Positions 61,101 through 64,000 of a stretch of DNA of 64,000 nt are shown in pieces. The stretch lies in contig JAPLME010000012.1 of the NCBI GenBank assembly GCA_026387175.1, positions 69,849 through 133,848 of the forward strand, in the 5' to 3' direction. The stretch's first letter is position 1. Each line of letters opens with the position of its first letter. The DNA comes from Candidatus Omnitrophota bacterium (GTDB lineage: Bacteria; Omnitrophota; Gorgyraeia; 2-01-FULL-45-10). A program made the translations under genes and the position numbers. The notes beneath the pieces were generated by a model. The model ran no database searches, was not told the DNA's origin, and worked only from the letters and a program-made list of their open reading frames with translations.

Positions 61101-64000
61101 GCACGATGAATTTGTAGCGAAGTTTGACGAGTCCGAATGGGCCAAGTTCACTTTGGACGAGATAACCGTGATGTCGAACCGCGCGAAGGAGTTCGCGACG
61201 CTTCTCCAGAAAAAGGGCCTTTACCTCTTCGGCGACATGAAAGACAAGGGTATCCTAAGCCTCATAGCGAGCCTTATTAAAGTAAACGGCTGGGAAGGAA
61301 AGATGCCGTCGGTGGTCGATACGGTCGCCGCTGTATCGCCAGCTGTGAACAAGTTCTACGGCGAAGTGACGGCCAAAGAGATAGCGAGTACACCAGAAGG
61401 CGCCAAGCTGAAGATGCTTTCCGGGTTAGTGAGCACGGAATCCGACAAAGAGAAGCTGGAATTTTATAAGAATGAATACAGTAAAACCCTTAAAGAGGCA
61501 AAAGAATCGCTAGCGCTCGGCAGGGCCATCTCGTGGGCACGTTTTGTGCTGGACAGGAACCTCGCCCCCGAAGATATGGATATGATGTTCCGCAGATTAT
61601 CCAATCTATCCGCTATAGATAAATACCTGATCGGGACAAAATCCGAGAAAGAGGGGCAGAAGATCGCCATAGTGATAGATCTGGTTACAAATCATAGGGT
61701 CTACAAAGATTTCTTCAATAAAGATGGCACTGTCAAAGATGAGGCGAAGGTTAAGAAGCTGTTTAGTATCTTCGGCAATCTTTCGGCTCTTGACCCTACG
61801 CTAAAAGCTTACGGGTATGCGGCACCTTCCGAGAGAAACGGAATGAAGATAGCGATCGCAAGGGATATCGCCCTTCAGACCGATGCCGATGCATGGAGCG
61901 CGTTTTTTGACTTAGAGGGCCGTATTATAAATCCCGGCAATGTGGATAAGCTGGTTAAATCCTTTACCAATATCTTTGTCCTCGATAGCCTGGGTTATCT
62001 CAAAAACGCAGGCTACGCGAAAAAATCCGATAAAGAAGGTGTGAGAATGGCCATAGCCAGAGACCTGGTCCTGAGGCCAAACGCTTGGAAGAGCTTCTTC
62101 GATCCTGACGGCAATATAGTCGATCAAGAGAAGGTCAAAACTTTATTCAATGTGATACTACCTAACATTGCCAAAGGCCTCGTTTCCGAAAAGATCGAGG
62201 TGCCCGGCACTGAATATGAAAAGACCGGATATATCATGGCCATAGCCAGAGACCTTGTAGAATATCCGCAGAAATGGTCGGGTTTCTTTGACGCAAAAGG
62301 CAACATAATAAAAGAAAATAATTATGTCAAAACCCTGTTCGAGGTTATTCTAAAGAATAAAGATATTCTAGAGAGTTACATGCTTCATATAGACGATAGA
62401 AAAAAAGGATCGACAGGATTTTATACAAAATCCTCTCGGCTTGAGAGAAGCGGTATGCTTACTCCGATGGCGAGAGACCTTACTACTACAGGCATAGATT
62501 CGAAAGAAAAACTGATAGAAGAGCTGGATTACAGAAAAGAGATTTTCAAGGCAGCGAATTCAAACGACGTAAAGTTATTTGATGAGCACCTTCCTTATCT
62601 TTCCGTATACACCAGGAAAGTATTTAAAGAATACGGAGACATATATAAAGACAAGACAGGAAAAGAGCTTACTCTGGACATACTGTTTAAGAATATCGCT
62701 TATGCTCGAGATACGGTCTATCCGATGGCAGGAAAAGATCTCTTAGAAGATTTGAAGGGTAAGCGCGAAAGTTGGGAGACAGATAGCGAAAGAAAGGCAC
62801 TGCTTAAACACATTGAGATGCTTAGGAATGAAGAGATAAATTTTGAATCGGCGGTTTATCTTGGCACAAAATATATGGTCTTAAAAGGCTATACGATAGA
62901 AGACGATAAGAGTAAGGAAACATATTTCCAGGAAGTCAAAAACAGGTTATATTTCCAGGCCGTGTATATGGCCAATAATGAAAATGAAAGATTGCAGCAA
63001 GGCGAGATAGGCCAGCTGCTTACTTTCCGTGCAACGGATAACTATAGCAGAATAGACATGGGTAAATTCATAAAATATGCGTCTGTATTCATCAGGAAAG
63101 AAAAAGAACTGTTAAATTCATTAGTTAAAAAGTTCGGGGAAGAGGCAATGGGAGCGTATCAATTTGCCACTAGAGGCCAGCGGTCCGGATTTATTACCTA
63201 TATGCATCGCAAAGGCTGGGACCAGAAAAAGATGGACGAGATATTTAAAGATATCGAATTCATCCAGATGGAAGAATACACTGCCACAAGTAATAAAAAG
63301 TTTATCGGATGGGAGAATATATTCCCTGTTCTTTATCAGTTGCGCGGTGATGGTGATAAGCCGCTCGATATGTGGGAGCAAAAACGCGCGCACCTCAGGT
63401 TCCAAAGCACTTTTAAACAGGATTACGCATTTATGTACGCAGGGCCTTATGAACCGCTCGCTCAGCTTATGAGAAAATGGAAGGGTGACTTTGGTGAGTT
63501 GCCATCCGCGGCTGAAAGATCGGATACTTTAAAAGTCATGGGTCTCTTGCCCGAAAAATTGCGTGATGATAATACGGAATTGCCCGAGACAAGGCTCCGT
63601 CAGGCTAAGTTAGGCGAATTCACCGAAGAGCTTGGCAGTATATATAAATCATTCGCTGTTCTCATGGCAGGACCTGTTTATGAAAAGGATATGAATGCAG
63701 ATATCCTGGCCGGACTAGAGGAACCTTGGAAAGATATGAGAGAATTTGTTGGCGATAAACTCATGAGATTTATCACCGACAAAACAGACCGATACTACAG
63801 GATAGAAGATAATCATGAAAGGCTGAACTTAAAGGAAGAGACATTAAGGCACTATCGGTATGAACTAAAGGATGAAAAGAAGAATAGGGAGAAAGGGAAT
63901 ACCGACATTCTATTGGATCCGGCCAGAAGAGCGGAAGCCATTGCCAGGCTGCAGAGGAAAGCCGAGGAGAAGACACCAGAGAAAGAAAGTTATAAGATAA
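43189..64000 (+). CDS. giant multidomain protein, 3'-truncated by window end (at least 6,937 codons in-window)
   Basis: ATG 43189 is 9 nt after AGAGGG. Reading triplets in that phase gives sensible protein with no stop through 64000; phase was rechecked at 43189, 48031, 49321, 57841 and 63931. The ORF track shows no stop-terminated + ORF in this phase anywhere in 20.8 kb, and only short out-of-phase or antisense ORFs. Confidence 0.85.
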   Translation, partial: MDIRNDEKTIDSAREELGSKSLIMDLQSPRHKIWMRAIAVILVVTFINQDIIWAQDGAPVWSKGQNGSFSFKPPVNVNSPINVPKDVAVTKEVYTAPGDKTIINIQDAHSSLGAQESIASVLDSLVTNYDLKLIAIEGSSGYIDTSILRAFSNENVRKGTASYLVKEGRMSAGEFFTVTSNKPVALYGIEDKPLYQENLEQFRAVYQANSEIRKDIENLLSSLKTLQDKIYSQELKDLTTNSVLHKDGKLTFTERWSLVKALADRTGSDYKRYENLTKLVESLKLEKDISFEKANKERDSLIDALSKKASKQDLEQIVLKSLSYKTGKISHGEYYVFLQEQAEKAGIDAEPYKNLISYTNYITLYESIDLTAIFEEVRDFEDQIKEKLFTGEDQKKLYEITKCMEYLRDIFDLKLTNGDFEYLAKNIEHCNAGFVASFIRDASIKYGVTIDTDYDLGKIFGALPQAMDFYRTAEKRNHTILANTIATMKERNQNVAALITGGYHSQGITELLRQNRTSYIVILPKFDASKGERPYVAILTNKSAPYEKLLKSGQYFIATSAYLAGISKLNEDVNNLPAGKDSKELINSSEFKELRARLADSLIASLLQSVTGAAGVDAAVLAFKKRQQVNLLGAGREMKAAVEQYLRDYTMLLEREGAGFRDANVKPLSPEVLQELVREVILDYAGFDISAEEPTEAKGLATEKVIPLVEERIKGLTKRIEVLEDQDKQAKIDKIIDIVKSAANLESSDWKEKVATAVATELRRKGLGTEEQDNITNRIITDLEQQAVAAAKPVVVAVPAAQTPAVPMVLSQAPTAVEPAALPAPTMLDQGGKDLAGKLAEAIGKQLDIIEENMNGIPWGEKNLSADTMKKLQQMKEAGLGITKIIDQTAKNIDLSPHQRALIDTISRGGEIKFYDLKNGIAPLVSYLDMIIKDENAHELLTKILERCKQTVSYLKRASFENEPMAVLTIRISGEELNFVQLRDWKKEPPETPEEWKGKLAQDGLNAREIDAKLKELADKTVIAPTPPIKPTPTVSESAAQRVILDFSSKNAKLAFDALIETLKTETVDTEKAIIDSMIPKNSTPDQPTTVLHLAGAEQRGFNDFLRNEVEVKRNAKLIGLDLNYSLADEEKKLFIGDITGDNSRKIADGSVNTIISVNFFNAECYKLYEKARETPLSETDYYINIAAEIYRMLRNGGKLYIAGSSVTSEFEKAFKAESFKMMPLDDTMPGFYEIIKIAKAGPETPGGPSERVGSVAGETPVAPPAVQAAQRILVEVCGKAGYPFVNILLTFILTLFILVSSSVYSIAAPARTVPGGPQIKLAQAVKMPTAVRTKAPVKAQPAPVQAVKPPSLVAEKQFALDQKKLRDAIDTYFAKMASSQYFMYRAPRLNSESKMIENPLLIDAFVNNRGKLALKDFRGVPGLENMPETRIDNINRIIDEIWRSVDKTALPEYIKGKLVLDRKTGRLSPVEELQKTLFALSVLAPDTYEYLKNDNAPIVLVDTDWFSGATKGDTFFGMIARNPRGVKIELSSRNNTVKRVGTAVHEAIHRKRGDVATGYFSLYLKTLGRIRELFVSLPSFEKEPIKKQQDFYKKELLINVSAEVLNNAYLSQRWWLGLIGVMAWVLTIITPAVLIAKLIVSLVSSKKEGAGRRPGPTTFMLAFILPLIATGLAGLPVIGQQVNNFAGMLFSPIPLPEIAPGEKVAAKKKAGSDVQTIVDRTIGKFYAGINAPPVVLDNNLFDRFCAFDPEDGTIHISPRAYDPKTGRVIEEVRLFHLPHEAFHYALQMTPINKNEKAHEIAATYLALLNIITNRSSLTKLINAANPVDGREVSAGMKGIVKYFESFGFDVKNINNYRALLSALNVDGLRGIASYLASTNPDFRNISDRDMASAVRLISSKPQDGIFKPLKKLDALGINKKGYLANPYLYADKLVRFEDAGVKLSAKNLSLLSLGRDNIKPYVEIALASGINPNDMTLAILRAQKAEVAVPAAAPAILLEEAKAPAPVEPAELQLPAAIPPVVEIIPGETDIQKKALQVFGEVRGIPAEKLSYRKGQIEAVEAMKEGKFAELRTGGGKTLTEGVTALEVLNDPIRQTVWPGEKVLIMTHEDNLTEQAMVKDKMGAILSKCGAVTGFILPKVMANGSVAEIGVIFENGVEVESEAAIDKVFERCDIIYGKWDRFVHRNMKERLGTDTLEMNTNKYFTLFDEADLMLVFGSATPCIISGKDMDDAEKRLAVRKGINSIVKEMVLKNQKRYLYIPQGTREAYLTDSGEQAIEKKIRELYKDNEYKELLDIAVKNWKIFAMDALQANLFYKVDEQYFLRTDEKGKVIGVDVCDTDTKARKTGMSFGEGLQQAIEISAGVADANLTPETYTSMSMAIGNFLSRDIITDYAGASGTMEKERFENMYMDKHGKIKTVLKIEGESQTLDKSAGHTGFNTREEKWAALIDRLPAKMSLGQPILIKIESDAEMAELKKYIEANMASMLAERGTIINLASGRNAAEFTENIAKAGYGNVITIVTNIAHRGIDIEIKGRFLNNDGTEGAKVPPIDKDAPGLHVISTYLDEPEAFEIQTQGRADRGANKGSWEGLFSLDEKIFTEHVTLLDQQIAALRNAVGKGDKTAIDGLMAADGRTVRLGLIAEIRDRIVSEQSRNDEKRREYENEVFAYQEKILGLLNITTSRDEFIKFLKAIGAYDGIVNNLKEGETIDEKIAVLAQLTVSVLTDEMSKFQTEQQVIRKRLDYLAREARLGLRPALIQFNKEIANLALLARTFDARIKDAKAFVSAIIAQDMGDKVENVAETGKRSLRDLISTNFIKTFASIIMIVGAGFLTAKYGFSSLADSILQPLVTLLTAHPLLAGIAAAMMLISAVYLKQLYGKKIGVLDTSNTEFLRFTVGVGRGNFFKAFGRWTGIMALQILAGPGLFVGAGTLIAAIAHPILAVGSVALPLALVTVTLALAANITLIAIFKSKLETVRDITPTRFQSGFNTFVRALAISIGVVFALQMAGGILATTLISLGFIVVTAVVAGLVARSIENRSYRAKLPVFIGGAYGIIAAVGLIVLSAIFGTPAVFSSALIMPLISIPVAVIGIAMMILQVVQARKVALEAERAGQSYWRTLAESFVPNSRNILMYAMSLPAVFILFSGAVPALIFVGAVGFGTLLINKYSVNIEKMTGRKMSETISGMAGQAIMLSAGAAPMVAYPQAAYSAQVESLKAGLKQGAMDRAAIAAAETIGKYSPKQFSGFERLSNNISSVFDDIMNGKAVVAPETLQITAPAAPQVTEKAIEEQVKPKEKPQVGETPGGGTAGQGPAAGPGAGGIPPPPPVIPEVQPAPEQISPVPTPVRMEKPDLASVLKDARESNLAVAKLVSPLANFINQGNVISNVGGPTDNPNILIIRNILKALDYNLDGEAVAALQEKHNLAKQDGKIGRETMAALIGELLALDNSADVAKTISKNTAMEIASLREKAAEVEKKQFAGAAGVNQAGANPKLLDNMAALQEEIYAKYGWRFYKLSVVRTKEREAMVVKKHYKDLKYKDSEKIAELADYIIDPANSLLPADEANQLKARYPDVERLINNSPHVRGIAMDIYLIDENGIVRDSHVSANRYMYDIVGKLAAEKYGMIYGGNFKGLFKDDTMHFQLDPRNLAIELAKEEAAAAKEPKKVTKKAMERKPRAGLDEAFKRIENWAGKVAATVKSAADKLTLTPMGFPIWGTSAACSPSNGEYLIAGGPLGSIGKADKCYVFGREGIIAPHASFLALDVAPAEAMWNIDEMIKLYPQVLGKYGMYDSVNAKNEQSSRQYVAVNQAMSFIAMVNCLKGGVIQDRFASNAAIKKSISLLNETFDKIETPAGLSLDRNISSEDRNRLLSIAQKTWDYFKDNVNESTNWLPPNMIDSRGAAVKHTSITDIGLYLTSIVGAKELGLIDEAEARTRIINTINTLKKLDKWNGLYRNYYHTDDLKSVTKGDRHISTVDNGWLAAGLIIAGETFPGLQAETANIVMNMKFDKLYDAKEQKFANGYDEDTGLTKSHYGLIYTEIRPALLIAIAKGDIPKEAWLKTSKTLPEAWDWQAQKPKEGYYEHRVKTGVGVETAHFIPSWNGTMFEGLMPNMILNNRTLSPNGYAKQDAMYVFLQKYFATGFREVAPPVTETPTPVTQPQVAPAPAAPEKGEIPQFADLANALKYARENNPAVAILISRPSNFINQGNVIKRTKSPGIDPNTKVIQGALISLGYDLPKYKDDGIYWTETEAAVRKFQEDHRLAKRDGKVGRETMTSLIRELLLRESKARPTPIETAVTPVAPSAKPIVIAAPKPAVTAVPSPAKPAVTVPQAKPTVTAVPRPAEPAVAIAPAKPAVSVVPSSAKPAVTAAPKLAKPQVSPAPETAVAATPAELKAARQALFRKKGEYGAELSKATRKLDELKEVKVRASAQISGNLKELDRETIPAGALVPTGPQRRVSFRDASENSTASADAEMKRLRITRQELLAKRTSRLYWPEVIGFAGIGFPGAAFVGVTVSHWLKYPGRETIVESAEMKTERAKQEEALFKRQLLFGLTRAFGLCQIAEKELDAAQVSYKTSLEALKTALAQFEKGELTKGELENLKAKQNEANVRYLKAQQASRNARELVKSLAGYDVREGVEIDTSVSPDKEFARELEKLEDRNRQPRILLKVLGIKDQTLNTLFAMEQRNTAVKLNARATLNLGAVTSANFGVGFEITLGKDVDLQLRQLEERLAEGKYIQELRNMYLESAELMHGLKLYNDTLARLVKIAKNAREKAEEDKVKAKNNIISQDDYLKKELEAIRAEVLVKQFKALIKNVRSMLAELGIESNDIPRNLSEENMLVAAKELMRRRANESILYLKALKTPESTLRKIDENVNNLLADRSFYREATNRWVVEEAEIFEKIQKRIVSEEIMKNKSLKERVQTLSAGYTYTREQAVAQQTLSTGQAPIGGGGGAPIIQPWPSTAVSSTGAAPSAGSNPSTGAAPSEPSAATTSGTLSMGAVIRVADPAFKARIAYRGSLQEMFNAYVRAAKSDQMIEAERAQIDEELLKFELREAKKRLDLAVRLRELRDRQDKDQKVRIDAAGKDFDVHNNELQAKNDVADLERRLKEIQFKYSVRKSSLKYGVDLTAEVDKLIKTLESIDRVVDIADKGEPYDLSITGENNIKNKSWWIGLQLPFPIWFTSRWAAKKINVKQVKKDQQLEQEKAASVIIGWINDDLKTDNDLTTAKANVKGAEEMIAKITKELDRLKGKGSREDIVLRIEMDLARSRMALENAKGVLKKAGLVKERSKKILTALDNSLRRTDDVLMESPSVTKLKDFAREALSQKRRGDKISITWEKFKELAEKNAVPVKIATTEKEKSELELTKKKLTARLPYLFLGAPYAPGAGNDTFRYGLTAYTDPSRWFELTNPAIKEARLEDMIKQLDSEKEKLNTRLDIDGAYGAYRVALVKAESLKSILKKMREQRSRMEAHTRIYPESGGEAVNRYDVLIADTEKTLRDTTAQINDLKIKMMNMLQSVGDIDFKDESGRSVGLEKVDFDAIWPKIEAGHPDIKALKLRIDKEEVSARAVLRDNWWTELSISLVNSEKLTPGLNLVLNVRLNPSYWENNAEKIRVKEVKEELRKNLFELRRKIDDSISRRANLIASIKLAEGVYKERARMVVEERKNYLNTTIPTDKLREREYDLLEAQKEYFAQLAELRTIDAQLKDIVEKVGGRIEETGVEEVRKDIVRTEELSNDFADLGAQIAMAEQARRVASRGIKWVDKALNRLSKGITPEDDLAAALVKTMEKSASIEVNAANLKEAGYISREKMAEIAVLMGMPKTRAQELERVQDLLRVVFDRYRKAHNMTKDEMSAYIGNFIYFARTILPKVKTIETLPEFVGTQFAFVDRDETLSYKKLGLVSYYARRATLLLSPGYSCEGKGQGAARDTLVKKEAPEDIKFLNMYDRMAKGGTLTAADYEQYIKWHDEFVAKFDESEWAKFTLDEITVMSNRAKEFATLLQKKGLYLFGDMKDKGILSLIASLIKVNGWEGKMPSVVDTVAAVSPAVNKFYGEVTAKEIASTPEGAKLKMLSGLVSTESDKEKLEFYKNEYSKTLKEAKESLALGRAISWARFVLDRNLAPEDMDMMFRRLSNLSAIDKYLIGTKSEKEGQKIAIVIDLVTNHRVYKDFFNKDGTVKDEAKVKKLFSIFGNLSALDPTLKAYGYAAPSERNGMKIAIARDIALQTDADAWSAFFDLEGRIINPGNVDKLVKSFTNIFVLDSLGYLKNAGYAKKSDKEGVRMAIARDLVLRPNAWKSFFDPDGNIVDQEKVKTLFNVILPNIAKGLVSEKIEVPGTEYEKTGYIMAIARDLVEYPQKWSGFFDAKGNIIKENNYVKTLFEVILKNKDILESYMLHIDDRKKGSTGFYTKSSRLERSGMLTPMARDLTTTGIDSKEKLIEELDYRKEIFKAANSNDVKLFDEHLPYLSVYTRKVFKEYGDIYKDKTGKELTLDILFKNIAYARDTVYPMAGKDLLEDLKGKRESWETDSERKALLKHIEMLRNEEINFESAVYLGTKYMVLKGYTIEDDKSKETYFQEVKNRLYFQAVYMANNENERLQQGEIGQLLTFRATDNYSRIDMGKFIKYASVFIRKEKELLNSLVKKFGEEAMGAYQFATRGQRSGFITYMHRKGWDQKKMDEIFKDIEFIQMEEYTATSNKKFIGWENIFPVLYQLRGDGDKPLDMWEQKRAHLRFQSTFKQDYAFMYAGPYEPLAQLMRKWKGDFGELPSAAERSDTLKVMGLLPEKLRDDNTELPETRLRQAKLGEFTEELGSIYKSFAVLMAGPVYEKDMNADILAGLEEPWKDMREFVGDKLMRFITDKTDRYYRIEDNHERLNLKEETLRHYRYELKDEKKNREKGNTDILLDPARRAEAIARLQRKAEEKTPEKESYKI
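46450..46810 (+). other. giant protein sub-region: class-I SAM-methyltransferase-like fold (degenerate)
   Basis: VLHLAGAEQRG...KLIGLDLN....LFIGDITGDNSRKIADGSVNTIISVNFF......INIAAEIYRMLRNGGKLYIAG follows the motif I / post-I / II / III spacing of Methyltransf_11-type domains. Confidence 0.4.
49290..50990 (+). other. giant protein sub-region: SecA-homologous ATPase motor (NBD1-PPXD-NBD2)
   Basis: Motifs in SecA order: AELRTGGGKTLT; IIYGKWDRFVHRNM; LFDEADLMLVFGSATPCIISG; MSFGEGLQQAIEISAGV; YAGASGTM; TNIAHRGIDI; QTQGRADRGANKGSWEGLFSLDE. Confidence 0.8.
51630..52810 (+). other. giant protein sub-region: polytopic membrane domain (~8-10 TM helices)
   Basis: Consecutive 20-25-aa hydrophobic stretches (FASIIMIVGAGFLTA..., IMALQILAGPGLFVGAGTLIAAIA..., ALAISIGVVFALQMAGGILATTLISLGFIVVTAVVAGLVA..., and others). 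Confidence 0.65.
53230..53520 (+). other. giant protein sub-region: PG_binding_1-like domain, copy 1
   Basis: NFINQGNVI...ILIIRNILKALDYNLDGEAVAALQEKHNLAKQDGKIGRETMAALIGEL. Confidence 0.55.
53650..54130 (+). other. giant protein sub-region: M15-family zinc D,D/L,D-peptidase-like domain
   Basis: SPHVRGIAMDIYL fits the SxHxxGxAxD zinc motif. DDTMHFQLD fits the C-terminal His of VanY/M15_4-type peptidases. Confidence 0.55.
54290..55610 (+). other. giant protein sub-region: alpha/alpha-barrel glycoside-hydrolase-like domain (GH144/putative-glucoamylase-like)
   Basis: STNWLPPNMIDSRGAAVKHTSITDIGLYLTSIVGAKELGLI...NGWLAAGLIIAGETF...W resembles DUF3131/glucoamylase-like patterns. Recalled from memory, weaker than the other calls. 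Confidence 0.4.
55720..56040 (+). other. giant protein sub-region: PG_binding_1-like domain, copy 2
   Basis: NFINQGNVI...VIQGALISLGYDLPKYKDDGIYWTETEAAVRKFQEDHRLAKRDGKVGRETMTSLIREL. Confidence 0.65.
56050..56340 (+). repeat. in-frame tandem ~33-nt repeats encoding (P/S)AKPAVTAVP units
   Basis: AKPIVIAAPKPAVTAVPSPAKPAVTVPQAKPTVTAVPRPAEPAVAIAPAKPAVSVVPSSAKPAVTAAPKLAKPQV. Confidence 0.7.
56800..60400 (+). other. giant protein sub-region: several TolC/OEP-like repeats
   Basis: ATLNLGAVTSANFGVGFEITLGKD, KNKSWWIGLQLPFPIWF, DNWWTELSISLVNSEKLTPGLNLVLNVRL, each followed by helical QL..LE..L..G.IS..D.L-type segments characteristic of the OEP family (PF02321). Confidence 0.55.
61650..62480 (+). repeat. 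four in-frame ~58-aa tandem repeats ([GN]xKIAIARD[IL]..x..W..FFDxxGNI.......VKxLF.)
   Basis: QKIAIVIDLV...FFNKDGTV; MKIAIARDIALQTDADAWSAFFDLEGRII; VRMAIARDLVLRPNAWKSFFDPDGNIV; YIMAIARDLVEYPQKWSGFFDAKGNII. Confidence 0.65.

Noticed and set aside
43189-64000. Alternative that 43-64 kb is several ordinary genes with the ORF finder failing.
   Set aside because: Any internal stop in the coding phase would have produced a listed + ORF of at least 60 aa in that phase, and none is listed. Manual phase checks at five positions agree. Domain order is continuous across putative boundaries.

Overview
This is an AT-rich, lysine-rich bacterial chromosome segment, almost entirely coded on the + strand (one minus-strand gene). 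Its gene content suggests an anaerobic small-celled lineage of the Omnitrophota / candidate-phylum type, but that is inference from gene style only.

Positions 1-43 kb hold ordinary-to-accessory genes: a PAS histidine kinase with an N-terminal Cys-rich domain carrying two C-W motifs; a GGDEF/HD-GYP c-di-GMP enzyme; a BadF/BadG-type activase pair; a tandem-Cache periplasmic protein; a pseudouridine synthase; a cobalamin riboswitch followed by a small basic peptide and a radical-SAM/SPASM enzyme (a RiPP-like precursor-maturase pair); three pseudopilins; amt-glnK; a PPP-family phosphatase; a CheY-like receiver; an MFS transporter; ispH; an AlkD-like repair protein; two tRNA-Arg genes (CCG, and ACG lying directly upstream of tadA); an OmpA/LysM protein; a ParA-like ATPase flanked by coiled-coil proteins; an 867-aa TPR protein; an RlpA-like protein; a ROK-like regulator; and a TolC-MFP-RND-RND efflux cluster. 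A ~53-nt two-hairpin leader motif occurs three times (8363-8415 and tandemly at 32619-32722), each time immediately 5' of the SD/ATG of a small, very basic protein gene.

From 43189 to the window end (more than 20.8 kb) there is one uninterrupted + strand reading frame of at least 6,937 codons. It has no stop inside the window, which is why the supplied ORF track does not list it. It encodes a giant mosaic protein with an N-terminal membrane anchor, a methyltransferase-like fold, a complete SecA-homologous ATPase motor followed by a polytopic membrane domain, a peptidoglycan-targeting cassette (two PG-binding-like domains, an M15-type zinc-peptidase motif pair, an alpha/alpha-barrel hydrolase-like region), Pro/Ala/Lys tandem repeats, several TolC/OEP-like repeats and C-terminal ~58-aa tandem repeats. 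This giant gene is the most notable element in the window.
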